Shown piece by piece: positions 19,551-29,043 of a stretch of DNA of 64,000 nt (positions are counted from its first letter, which is position 1; each line of letters begins with the position of its first letter). The notes under the pieces are model-generated. The model was given only the letters and a program-made list of their open reading frames with translations, did not search any database and was not told the origin of the DNA. The position numbers and the translations under genes were made by a program. This DNA comes from Candidatus Binatus sp. (GTDB taxonomy: Bacteria > Desulfobacterota > Binatia > Binatales > Binataceae): assembly GCF_030646925.1 (NCBI RefSeq), contig NZ_JAUSKL010000027.1, forward strand, positions 1,119 through 65,118. Direction: 5' to 3'.

Positions 19551-20835
19551 TTAGATCCCCGTCTTCGCTGGAGCACCCTGCCGCGCGAAAGTAGGAATTA
19601 TTTCGCTGTCGAACTCCACCAGCGAACGGTTGTTATCCGAGTCAAAGAACATGAACAGTCCACCTAGTCGGCTGGTTGGGTCCGCGATCAGCAATGCCAG
19701 CCGATCTGTCTCCCACACCTCGCTGCTGGCCAGGATGTGTAGCGCTTTCGTCTCGCCGGGCTGAATCGGCTCGTTGGGCTCGACCACGAGGCCGGCTGGC
19801 GCAATCAGCTCAGGCGGATAATCAGATTCTGGTTGGCGGACGGATGAGTTCAGGAACCTCACCGCCGCGGTAGTAAACTCACCAATCCGCACCGGCTTGG
19901 TACCGTTGTTAGTGACCTTTACCCAGAACTCCACCATGCGTCCGGGAATGTAGTATATGACGCGATCCGCAGTCACGGTGATGGTATCGGGCTGCTTGGG
20001 CAGGGGAGGAATCCGCAACCAGGTGGACTGCAACGGGATAGTCACTGGATACCACGCGTTGGTAACCAGGGCGCCCAGGACGACGATCACAATAGTCGCA
20101 CCGAGAAAGGCGATGCCTACGATCTTGTCGGTCGTAATAAGGCTGTCACCCTCGCCGTGTTCCAAGGCTTCGTATCTAGGCATCAGCAGAGGTTTGGCGA
20201 TCCAGTACATGAGCCATCCAACTGCCATCAATGCCCACAGCACATGCCAACTGACTACCGCACCCATCCCGTAGTGCGCCAAATCCAGCTTTACACCGGT
20301 CAGCGTCGTGATCGGATCGGTGAAGGCGGCCCTGTCGCCGTCGACCGTGACCCAATCGCCGGGGCCCAGGAGCGGGCCCGCATCGCGCACGCTGAGCATG
20401 GGATGTATGTGATAGCGCCCTGGGATTCTGCCGCGCAGGACGATCGTATATTCGTAGTCTCTGCCAAGCTCGAGCGGCGTCGAAGCGGCGCCATTAACGC
20501 CGTTTAGCGTGCTGGCCATACGGACCATCACCGGCCCTGGGCACGTCAACGTTGAGATACGCCAGTTCGGGCGCGGCGATCGCGAATGACCAAAACTTAA
20601 CGATGTGAAAACGCCCGGATATAGTCATCTGCTCGTTTACATTGACGCGAGTCGACGACCAGTGCGTATCATACCACTGTACGGTGGCCATCCTTAGAAA
20701 CGGGGGTTCGGCGCGCTCGCCGTGCGCCGCCGCCGTTCCTGGCGCCAGCGCGGCCGCGATGCTCACAGCAATTACTAGTGACAGCGCTGAGGCTCTGACC
20801 GACACCGTCTTCGAAATGAACCTTTTCGATTGCAT
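19551..20835 (-). pseudogene. copper membrane monooxygenase subunit B (PmoB/AmoB family), frameshifted
   Basis: MQSKRFISKTVSV...AAAHGERAEPPFLRMATVQWYD...LAYLNVDVP is in ORF 20494..20910. GPVMVRMASTLNG...GRYHIHPML... is in ORF 19551..20549. An extra C near 20540 separates them. The N-terminal HGE and the HxH copper-ligand motifs are present. Confidence 0.8.
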
Positions 20836-20891
20836 TAGTTTACCCCATTCCGGCGCCATTGACGGGGCCCGTCGCGAGACGATCGATAGAG

Positions 20892-21497
20892 TTATATGCG
20901 CTTGAGCCAACTAAACTGAGCTTTGGTAAATAGATAGCCGACGCCGACGAATAATATGTACACCACCATGCAGGCAAACGCCGCGAAGAACATCGATATA
21001 TAGATCGGATCCTGGCCGAAGGAGCGTAGCGTGCCCCGGTCAATATACCTCAGATATTCGGGAGTTCCGGTCCTCACGAACTGATAGCCCATTACATCGG
21101 CGAGCGACATGAGGAAGCCGTTCATGTTGGTAGGCAACATGTAGCGCGCCAGCATCACCCAGTTCGCGGGGTAGAACAGCAGTGACCAAAGCCCGCCGCC
21201 GATGATCGCCGTCATGACGTAGCTGCCAGTCAGCATCAAGATAACGTCAAGCGCTATTCCCGACGGAATCAGCGTCGCCGGCCATACAAAGTCGAGCGGG
21301 AAGTAGCCCCACCCGGCGAAGTTGGCGGTCCAATTCAGCCACTCGCCAGCGACCAGGCAGAGGGTCAGGAGCGTCGCCGCGAACGGGAGCCTGAACTTTT
21401 GCCAGAAGATGTACTGGACCGCGGCGGGCATCGAGATCAGGATCATAGGCGTCAAAGTGATCCACCATCGCCGATCTTTCCAATCCACCCAGCACTT
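20892..21497 (-). pseudogene. copper membrane monooxygenase subunit A (PmoA/AmoA family), 5'-truncated
   Basis: Family similarity starts abruptly at WVDWKDRRWWITLTPMILISMPAAVQYIFW... and runs to the C-terminus (...GYQFVRTGTPEYLRYIDRGTLRSFG...). The first TM helix and the GDWDFW region are absent in all three frames upstream. No C subunit lies upstream. Confidence 0.75.
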
Positions 21498-21678
21498 CGC
21501 GCGTGTGCTCGCCGAGCCGTGGCGCACCGCGGCGAATCGAGGTTGGTGTCCTATCGAATCGTGCCGGCGCGCGGGTTTGTCTGCGGCGTCCCGCCACCGG
21601 GTGATCCTGAACTTCGCGCGCTCCGGCGGCAGACTGCGACGGGCGATGAATCGAGCCCGAATACCTGCTGATGTTTTC

Positions 21679-21705
21679 GGGCAGGGCGGCAGTGCCGCCC
21701 TGCCC
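21679..21705 (-). other. perfect 12-bp GC-rich stem-loop after the stop of the 126-aa gene
   Basis: GGGCAGGGCGGC-AGT-GCCGCCCTGCCC. The T run (ATGTTTTC) precedes it on the + strand, so on the - strand it is followed by GAAAACA. It is therefore not a canonical intrinsic terminator in either direction. Confidence 0.5.
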
Positions 21706-21714
21706 ATCGTGGAC

Positions 21715-22095
21715 TTACTGTCCGGGTGGTGCGGCGGCCTTGGCCATCTCCTGGTGCTCCTTAGCGAGCTTTGAGTTGTCAGCCGCAATTTTGTCCCACA
21801 TCGCGGCTATCCCGTCGCACATCTCCGCCATGTAGGCGGGCTTGTGAATCCTCATCTTACGATAGGTCTCCGCCGTACGCCGATGGAGGTCGGCCTTTTG
21901 CTTGGCGTTTGCTGCTTGTTGCTCGTAGAACGCGGCAATCGCTTCATGTTCCGCCGGCGTCTTCGCGCTCGTGATCATCTGGTCCAGGTCGTCGTCTGTG
22001 ACGACTGGCTGTTGAGCACCTGCCCGAATGGTGGGCAGGGCGGCCGCAGCAAGCAGTAGCAGTCCCGCTGCAAGCAACATCGTTACTCGCTTCAT
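21715..22095 (-). CDS. periplasmic helical protein, unknown function
   Basis: ATG at 22095 preceded by GGGAGGAG. Signal peptide MKRVTMLLAAGLLLLAAAALPTIRAGA. The mature part is A/K/E/M/H-rich and helical. It sits among copper-related genes. Confidence 0.6.
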   Translation of the reverse strand: MKRVTMLLAAGLLLLAAAALPTIRAGAQQPVVTDDDLDQMITSAKTPAEHEAIAAFYEQQAANAKQKADLHRRTAETYRKMRIHKPAYMAEMCDGIAAMWDKIAADNSKLAKEHQEMAKAAAPPGQ

Positions 22096-22277
22096 TTTCT
22101 CCTCCCGTTCCTTTTTCGCCGCCGTCACGAACTCGCGCGGGGCCGTTTGGAAAGCTAATTCTATGCCAATGCCAATAGCAGTTTTCTTCCTCTAACCAGC
22201 TGCGGCTCTCTGTACCTTGTCTGATCACCTCCTCAGCGGGCGCGCCATCTTGCGTAATCGATCCGCTTGCCTCGCGC

Positions 22278-23177
22278 CTAGTACCAGACCCGGATTCCGA
22301 AGACGAAGCGCACATCATTGACGATGCCACCTTCGTCGCGGGTGAAATCCGCCGTCTCACCGAATTTACCGTTGTAGGCTACGCCGATATAGGGCGCGAA
22401 TTTGCGACTGATTTCGTAGCGCAGGCGGAGACCCGTATCGAGCTCTGAAAGCCCCGAACCGGCGCCGCGGCTGGGATCGTTCTTGTTGTAAAAGTTCAAC
22501 TCGAATTGAGGCTGCAATATCAGGCGATTCGTAATCAGCATATCGTAGAAGCCATTCACGCGCCCTGCGATGCGGCCCCCGTCGCTGAAATAGAAGGTGA
22601 GCTCGAATTCGAAGAAATTAGGGGCCAAGCCCTCGATTCCGATCGCTCCCCAAGTGCGCCCGGGATTGGAATCCAGGTCGTAGCGAACGCCCGCTTGCAG
22701 GTCGAAATATCTAAGATGCGGTATCGGGCGCGCGTAGAGCGCCTCGGTAATTCCGTCGCTAGCTTGGCCGTTCTCAAAGGAGCCCTCGGACTTGAACCAC
22801 AGCCGATTCAGATCGGTGCCGATCCATGCCTCCCCGTCCCAGCGAAACTCGTTGTCCGGACCGTTGGTGCGGCCTTCCAACTGATTGAACAGCAGATGAT
22901 AGAAGACCCTATCCTCACCCATCGAAGATGGCTCTTCTTTCGGATAGGTCGGCGCAGGTTCAGGCGACGGCATCACCGACGAACCGGGTTGGGGATAGGG
23001 CGCTTGGCCGGAGGAGTTCTGAGCATTCGATACGATTGACTGAGCGTTTGCCCGCACGCTGCCCAGAATCACAATCAGGCAAACGAATCCAACCAAACGT
23101 CTGAATCCGGCAATCGTATCGGTAAACGCGCGCGGAATTGCGCGCGGGGTCTTTATCACCAAACCTGACGTGCTCAT
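22278..23177 (-). CDS. copB: copper resistance protein B (outer membrane, CopB/PcoB family)
   Basis: ...FYHLLFNQLEGR...EAWIGTDLNRLWFKSEGS...LRYEISRKFAPYIGVAYNGKFGETA...VRFVFGIRVWY. The ATG at 23177 overlaps the copA stop (ATGA). Confidence 0.8.
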   Translation of the reverse strand: MSTSGLVIKTPRAIPRAFTDTIAGFRRLVGFVCLIVILGSVRANAQSIVSNAQNSSGQAPYPQPGSSVMPSPEPAPTYPKEEPSSMGEDRVFYHLLFNQLEGRTNGPDNEFRWDGEAWIGTDLNRLWFKSEGSFENGQASDGITEALYARPIPHLRYFDLQAGVRYDLDSNPGRTWGAIGIEGLAPNFFEFELTFYFSDGGRIAGRVNGFYDMLITNRLILQPQFELNFYNKNDPSRGAGSGLSELDTGLRLRYEISRKFAPYIGVAYNGKFGETADFTRDEGGIVNDVRFVFGIRVWY

Positions 23178-24994
23178 GACACGATCACGGTCAGGAACAT
23201 TCCGGTTTCCATGTGGAAGAACAGGTGACAATGAAATGCCCAGTGCCCAGGCGTATCCGCGCTGACGAGGAAGCTGAGGCGCTCCGCCGGCTTGACGTTG
23301 AGCGTGTGTTTGTAGGGGCGATATTCCCCGTTGCCGTTCTCCAGTTCGCTCCAGAGACCGTGCAGATGGATCGGATGCTCCATCATGGTGTCATTGATCA
23401 GAACGAAGCGCACCCGCTCGCCAAGCTTCAAACGAATGGGCGCATTCTGTGAGAACGTCCTGCCGTTGAACCCCCAGATGAACCGCTCCATGTTTCCGGT
23501 CAGGTGAAACTCGAACTCACGATCCGGAGGGCGCGGATCGGCGCCACGGTAACGCGCGCGCAGGTTCGCGTAGGTGAGGATCCGGCGGCCATTACCCTCG
23601 AGACCAGCTCCAGGCTCAGCTAGCCGGTCGGTAGTCGTCTCGGCAACGTGGTCGACTTCCGGCCCGAGCTGCAGTTGAACCGGATTCGCCACCGGGAGAT
23701 GACTCTGCCCAATGGACGGCGACGGCTTTGGAGTTGCCATCTCCATGCCGGGCATGCTGCCCATATCCCCTTCGGCGTGGCCCGGCGAGGGTTGCACCGA
23801 CTGCAGTTTGGACGAGGGGTGGCCCATCTCCATTCCCGGCATGCTGCCCATGCCCATGTCGGCCATGGTGCGCATCGGCCGAGGATCCATCGGCGGGATC
23901 GCCGCCACCACGCCGGCTCTCGGCGCTAAGGTTCCGCGAGCGTAGCCGGTTCGATCCTCGCTCTGAGCGAAGATCGTGAAGGCAGACCAATCATTGGGCT
24001 GAACGATGAGGTCATAGGTTTCAGCGACTGAGATTCGGAACTCGTCAACGTCGACAGGTTCCACATCGTTGCCGTCGGCCTGAACGACGGTCATCGCAAG
24101 GCCCGGGATGCGAACATCGAAGATCGTCATCGATGAAGCGTTGATAAAACGAAGCCGGACGCGCTCTCCTGGTTTGAACAGGCCGGTCCAGTTAGCGGCT
24201 GGCGCCAGTCCATTAAGAAGATAGGTGTAGGTTGCGCCGCTAACGTCGAGAATGTCGGTGGGACTCATGTTCATTGCGCCCCACATCAGGCGATCCGAGA
24301 GCGTTGCGCCGAGGCCGCCCTTGCGCGCATCCGATAGGAAGTTGCCTATCGTCCGCTGGTGAAAGTTGTAGTAGCTGCTTTGCTGCTTGAGATTGCTCAA
24401 TACCATTTCAGGGTTCTGGTCGGTCCAGTCCGAAAGCATAATCACGTACTCACGGTCGAACTGAATCGGATCCTTGTCCCGACGCTCGATAATCAGCGGT
24501 GCGTAATGTCCGGTCTGTTCCTGAAACGCGCTGTGGCTGTGATACCAGTAGGTACCGTACTGTCGGACCGGAATGCGGTAAACGAACGTCGCGCCCGGAT
24601 CGATGCCGGGAAAGCTCAGCCCGGGGACCCCATCCATGTCCGCCGGAGATCGGACGCCGTGCCAATGTACTGATGTCTGCTCCCGCAAGCGGTTGGTGAC
24701 AGAAAGCGTGACCGTGTCACCTTCCCGCCAGCGCAGCAGCGGCCCCGGAACAGATCCGTTGATCGCGGTGGCGATTGCTGGCCGACCAGTGATATTGACC
24801 GCTACTTCTTCGATCACAAGGTCAAAGTGATTTCCCGTAAGTACCGCTTGCTCGTTACGCGCGTTCAACGCCAGCGCCGGCCAGCGCCATAAGTCCAAAC
24901 CAGCGATCACGCCGCTGGCCATAAGTCCCTGCACGAAGCGGCGGCGGCCAATCCGGGTAGTAGATTTGTTTCCGAATAGTCTCTGCGGATACAT
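23174..24994 (-). CDS. copA: multicopper oxidase CopA (Tat-exported)
   Basis: Twin-arginine signal RRRFVQGLMASG, copper motifs HWHG, YWYHSH and HCHLFFHMETGM, and Met-rich repeats (GMGSMPGMEMG, GDMGSMPGMEM). The start is taken at the internal MYPQRLF (24994). Confidence 0.85.
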   Translation of the reverse strand: MYPQRLFGNKSTTRIGRRRFVQGLMASGVIAGLDLWRWPALALNARNEQAVLTGNHFDLVIEEVAVNITGRPAIATAINGSVPGPLLRWREGDTVTLSVTNRLREQTSVHWHGVRSPADMDGVPGLSFPGIDPGATFVYRIPVRQYGTYWYHSHSAFQEQTGHYAPLIIERRDKDPIQFDREYVIMLSDWTDQNPEMVLSNLKQQSSYYNFHQRTIGNFLSDARKGGLGATLSDRLMWGAMNMSPTDILDVSGATYTYLLNGLAPAANWTGLFKPGERVRLRFINASSMTIFDVRIPGLAMTVVQADGNDVEPVDVDEFRISVAETYDLIVQPNDWSAFTIFAQSEDRTGYARGTLAPRAGVVAAIPPMDPRPMRTMADMGMGSMPGMEMGHPSSKLQSVQPSPGHAEGDMGSMPGMEMATPKPSPSIGQSHLPVANPVQLQLGPEVDHVAETTTDRLAEPGAGLEGNGRRILTYANLRARYRGADPRPPDREFEFHLTGNMERFIWGFNGRTFSQNAPIRLKLGERVRFVLINDTMMEHPIHLHGLWSELENGNGEYRPYKHTLNVKPAERLSFLVSADTPGHWAFHCHLFFHMETGMFLTVIVS

Positions 24995-25065
24995 GGCTAA
25001 CTTTCCCTCACATGATCGTTTCGATAGCGTCTCAAGCTCGCGGCGGAAGTGGAATCGAGACTGAA

Positions 25066-26094
25066 TTGCGAAGACCCACGAAATCTCACAAAGAAAGCGC
25101 ACACCGACTTAATTCAATCTTCGGGTTTTGCCTCGTCTCATGGCTCGCGCTGCCATCGCAAGCGCTTGCCTCGGAAGTCCCGCTGCCACTGTCAGCCGCA
25201 AAACCAAACGCGATCCAGAACGCGCAAGCCGAAGAACCTCCGCTGCAAGATCTGTTGCGTAAGCTGTTCGATCCTGTCGTTGGCTGGTACCCGCCGGAAT
25301 CCAGACGTTCGAACCTCGGCCTCAACAACTTTTTCACTTACGGATGGACTGAAGGATGGAGCGAACCCGAGGAGGGACCGGATGACGCCCCGCGATTTCG
25401 GTTGCTCCGAATCCAGCGGGCATTCTGGGAGCGCGAGCTCCGCCTCACTTACAACTCTGCGTTTCGTCCCGATGCGCATGGCAACGACGAGCAAGAAGGC
25501 GAGTTCGAACTGGAGCTCCCTATAAGCCGTCGCTTCCTGATCGAATTCGAAGGGGGCGTCGCTGCGGCGCGCCAGGCCGGCCGTCACTGGATGGCGCAAG
25601 CATCTGACCTTCGAATCACGCCTGAGGTGATGTTGATCGAAACGCATCGACTCTCTTTTTCCAGCGGGCTGGTGGTGGAGACTCCCACCGGCGGTCGAGC
25701 AGTCGAGCAAGGGCGAACCAGTCTGACGCCCTATCTCGCGCTGTGGGGAGACTTGGGCCATAGGATTGGCCTCCACAGTTACCTGGGGAGCGAATTTCCG
25801 CTCGGCGGTTCTGGGTCTTCCTCGCCAACTGCCGTGCTGCAATACGCGATCGCTCCCAGCATCACGGTAACGCCAAAATCGATGGATTACCTCGGCGACC
25901 TGACCTTCTTCATCGAAGGCGACGGTGAAACGAGGGCGGGCAACCGCATCAGCCGAACCACGCTGAACCTGCTGCCGGGCACGCGATGGCTGGTATTCAG
26001 AGACACATGGATCGCGGCGGGGTACGAGTTTCCGATAACCGAACCAAAACCGTTCACCGGTCGCGCTTGGGTCAGTTTGTATCTGGATTTTTGA
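25066..26094 (+). CDS. putative outer-membrane beta-barrel protein
   Basis: ORF 25012..26094. A TTG at 25066 gives the signal peptide MRRPTKSHKESAHRLNSIFGFCLVSWLALPSQALA. It has alternating beta-strand-like segments and a C-terminal ...VSLYLDF. Confidence 0.5.
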   Translation: MRRPTKSHKESAHRLNSIFGFCLVSWLALPSQALASEVPLPLSAAKPNAIQNAQAEEPPLQDLLRKLFDPVVGWYPPESRRSNLGLNNFFTYGWTEGWSEPEEGPDDAPRFRLLRIQRAFWERELRLTYNSAFRPDAHGNDEQEGEFELELPISRRFLIEFEGGVAAARQAGRHWMAQASDLRITPEVMLIETHRLSFSSGLVVETPTGGRAVEQGRTSLTPYLALWGDLGHRIGLHSYLGSEFPLGGSGSSSPTAVLQYAIAPSITVTPKSMDYLGDLTFFIEGDGETRAGNRISRTTLNLLPGTRWLVFRDTWIAAGYEFPITEPKPFTGRAWVSLYLDF

Positions 26095-26281
26095 ATGCGT
26101 CCTGGCCAGCCCGCTCCGACTTGATCGAAACTAGAACGTTCTCGAATCGGCAGGTAGCGTGTGCTCAATGGTGGCCACCCGTGCGCTTCTGAAAGTCGTA
26201 CCAGTTCGTGGTCTTGTGACAAAGATAGCACTGCTCCAACCGGGCGCGTTCGCCACCCGCTTGCGGACCTTAAGCCTCGCG

Positions 26282-26303
26282 GTTTGCCCCACGCGGGGCA
26301 AAC
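26282..26303. terminator. 9-bp GC-rich hairpin between convergent genes
   Basis: GTTTGCCCC-ACGC-GGGGCAAAC, a perfect stem with no U tract. Confidence 0.3.
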
Positions 26304-26397
26304 TGGTCTAAAGCAGCCACCTCCGAACACATTCCTGCGATCAGGTTGCCGTTTTCCGCGGTGAGGCGGGTCTGCTCAAACGCGCTCCGGGAAGGGC

Positions 26398-28845
26398 TCA
26401 GGCTTGCGACAGGTTCCAGATGTCGCGCGCATACTCGGCGACCGCGCGATCGCTCGAGAAATAGCCAATCCGCGAAAGATTGAGTATCGCCTTTTTGTTC
26501 CACAATTGCCGATTTTGATACTGAGTTGATATTTCCGACTGAGTATCTACATAAGAACCAAAATCGGCCAGCAGGAAATACTCGTCGTGATTGAGTAATA
26601 CATCGCGGACCCATCGAAAGAGTCCCGGTTCGTTGGGACAAAACCGATCCGAAGCGAGTTCGTCGAGCACTCTTCTCAGGCGCGGATCGGCTTCGTAATA
26701 CTCGCGCGGATGATACGCGCCCAGCGTCGTGAGCTCCTCGATTTTTTCCGCAGTCAGGCCAAAGATGAAAATGTTCTCCGCACCGACCGCGTCCCGGATT
26801 TCGATGTTTGCGCCGTCGAGGGTTCCGATGGTCAGCGCGCCGTTCATCGCGAACTTCATGTTGCCGGTGCCCGACGCCTCGCGGCCCGCGGTCGAAATCT
26901 GCTCCGACACGTCGGCGGCCGGGATGATTTTTTCGGCGAGCGAGACCCGGTAGTCGGGGAGAAACGCGACCTTGATCAGTTCGCGCGTTTTCGGATCGCC
27001 GTTGATCACGTCGGCGAGGTTGTTGATCAGCTTGATGATCATCTTGGCGGCCCAGTAGCCGGGCGCGGCCTTGCCGGCCATGAAGTAGGCGCGCGGAATC
27101 GAAGGTTCGACGCCGTCATCGACGAGCGTCAGGTAATGGTGGACGATGCCGAGCGCCATCAGGAGCTGGCGTTTGTATTCATGGATACGCTTGGCTTGAA
27201 CGTCGAAAACCGCTGTCGGATCGACGTCAACTGCCGCGAGACGATTGACGATTCGCGCGAGCCGCTCCTTGTTGGCGCGCTTGATGGCGTTGAATGCCTT
27301 GTGAAATTCGGCGTCGTCGGCAAATTTTTCGACGCCGCCCAGCAGTTCCAGGTTGGTGGCCCACCCACCGCCAATAGTCGCGTCGAGCAGATGGGCGAGT
27401 CCGGGATTAGCCATCAGCAGCCATCGGCGCTGGGTGACGCCGTTGGTCTTGTTGCTGAAACGTTCGGGCCACAGCCGGAAGAAGTCCGGCACCAGCCGGG
27501 TTTTCAGCAGGTCGGAATGAAGTTTCGAGACGCCGTTGATCGAATGGCTGCCGACGATCGCGAGGTTCGCCATGTGAATCTGCGGATCGCCGCCTTCCTG
27601 CACGATAGAAATTCGTTTGGCGCGTTCGGGCGCGTCGGACCAGGCGGCGGCGACCTCGCCAAGGAAGCGGCGATTGATCTCGTAGATGACTTGCAGATGG
27701 CGGGGGACGACGCGCTCGAGCAAACTCACCGGCCATCGTTCGAGCGCCTCGGGCATCAGCGTATGATTAGTGTAGGCGACCGTGTTGCGCGTAATTTCCC
27801 ACGCCGTCTCCCATTCCAGGTCCTGCTCGTCGACGAAGAATCTCATCAACTCCGCAATAGTCAGTGCGGGATGAGTGTCGTTAAGTTGAATAGCTACTTT
27901 GGCGGGAAAATCGATGAAGTCTTCGCCGCGGCTGAAGTAGCCGCGTACTATATCCTGCACCGCGCACGCGACGAAGAAGTATTCCTGCAAGAGGCGAAGC
28001 TCGCGGCCGGCGGCGACGGAGTCGGAGGGGTAGAGCACCTTCGAGATGTTTTCGGAGAACATCTTCTGCTCGACCGCCTTCATGTAGTCGCCGGCGTTGA
28101 AGATCTGCATGTCGAATTCGTCCGATGCGCTGGCGGAATAGAGCCTTACGAAATTGACGGTGCGCCCGCCGAAGCCGGCGATCGGCAAATCATGAGGCAT
28201 CCCGATCAGAATGCGCTGATCGATCCAGATCGGACGGTAGCGGCCCTTGCGGTCGAAGCGATGCTCGACGCGGCCGTACACCGGAATCCGGCACGACTCG
28301 TGCGGCCGTGGGACCAGCCACGGCGAGATCTCGCGCTGCCACGCGTCGGGGCGTTCGATCTGATAGCCGCCGCGGATTTCCTGGCGGAACAGGCCGTATT
28401 CGTAGTTGATGCCGTAGCCGTAGCCCGGCATGTCCATCGTGGCGAGCGAATCGAGGAAGCATGCGGCGAGGCGGCCGAGGCCTCCGTTGCCGAGCGCGGC
28501 GTCGGGTTCCTCGTCGAACAGTTGCTGCAGGTCGATGCCGTTTTCAGCGAGAAAATCGCGGCAAATGCCGATCAGCCCGAGGTTGAAGAGATTGTTTTCG
28601 AGCGAGCGCCCGATCAAGAACTCGAGCGAGAGGTAGTAGAGCTTCTTGGCGTCGGCGCGGTCGAAGCGGGCGCGCGTCGCGAGCATCTTTTCGACCAGCA
28701 TATCGCGCACGACCAGCGCGGTGACGCGATACCAATCGATTTTGGTGAGCTGGACGCGGCGCTTGGCGAGCGTGAACCGGATGTGATGATCGATGAGGGT
28801 ATTGAACAGGTTCCGATTTACTTCGGAAAGCGGGGGAACAGCCAT
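26398..28845 (-). CDS. glgP: glycogen/maltodextrin phosphorylase
   Basis: ORF 26398..28938, start taken at MAVPPLSEV (28845). EASGTGNMKFAMNGALTIGTLDGANIEI is the pyridoxal-phosphate Lys region. LGNGGLGRLAACFLDS is also present. Confidence 0.9.
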   Translation of the reverse strand: MAVPPLSEVNRNLFNTLIDHHIRFTLAKRRVQLTKIDWYRVTALVVRDMLVEKMLATRARFDRADAKKLYYLSLEFLIGRSLENNLFNLGLIGICRDFLAENGIDLQQLFDEEPDAALGNGGLGRLAACFLDSLATMDMPGYGYGINYEYGLFRQEIRGGYQIERPDAWQREISPWLVPRPHESCRIPVYGRVEHRFDRKGRYRPIWIDQRILIGMPHDLPIAGFGGRTVNFVRLYSASASDEFDMQIFNAGDYMKAVEQKMFSENISKVLYPSDSVAAGRELRLLQEYFFVACAVQDIVRGYFSRGEDFIDFPAKVAIQLNDTHPALTIAELMRFFVDEQDLEWETAWEITRNTVAYTNHTLMPEALERWPVSLLERVVPRHLQVIYEINRRFLGEVAAAWSDAPERAKRISIVQEGGDPQIHMANLAIVGSHSINGVSKLHSDLLKTRLVPDFFRLWPERFSNKTNGVTQRRWLLMANPGLAHLLDATIGGGWATNLELLGGVEKFADDAEFHKAFNAIKRANKERLARIVNRLAAVDVDPTAVFDVQAKRIHEYKRQLLMALGIVHHYLTLVDDGVEPSIPRAYFMAGKAAPGYWAAKMIIKLINNLADVINGDPKTRELIKVAFLPDYRVSLAEKIIPAADVSEQISTAGREASGTGNMKFAMNGALTIGTLDGANIEIRDAVGAENIFIFGLTAEKIEELTTLGAYHPREYYEADPRLRRVLDELASDRFCPNEPGLFRWVRDVLLNHDEYFLLADFGSYVDTQSEISTQYQNRQLWNKKAILNLSRIGYFSSDRAVAEYARDIWNLSQA

Positions 28846-29043
28846 TCTTGCGTCAGTCCTCGAAATCCTCGCGCGGCGATAGCGACAGTTTAGCAGATGG
28901 CGGCGGATAGTGGAGCACCGGCGGGCGAGTCTGGCCATAGCTGGCTGTCACGCGGGTCGCGAATTGTCGCCAGCGTGTGATTGAAAAACGGGAGCATCCC
29001 GATTGGATGCTCCCGCGGTATCGGATGGATCAGTCGGTGCGGT

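Noticed and set aside
13900-21000. Programmed ribosomal frameshifting or recoding as an explanation for the many frame switches
   Set aside because: The switches occur in unrelated housekeeping-type enzymes, inside conserved motifs, and mostly at short homopolymers without slippery heptamers or downstream structures. They are accompanied by a nonsense codon and truncations.
26160-26262. Minus-strand frame reading ...ERARLEQCYLCHKTTNWYDFQKRTGGHH-stop, with a CxxCH heme-c motif
   Set aside because: Only about 35 codons are open (an in-frame TAA lies just upstream) and there is no start codon. It is at best the last few residues of a lost multihaem cytochrome, and possibly chance.
26710-28893. 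727-aa ORF on the + strand
   Set aside because: It lies entirely antisense to the clearly recognisable glycogen phosphorylase gene. Its R/A/G/D/V-rich composition is typical of high-GC shadow ORFs.
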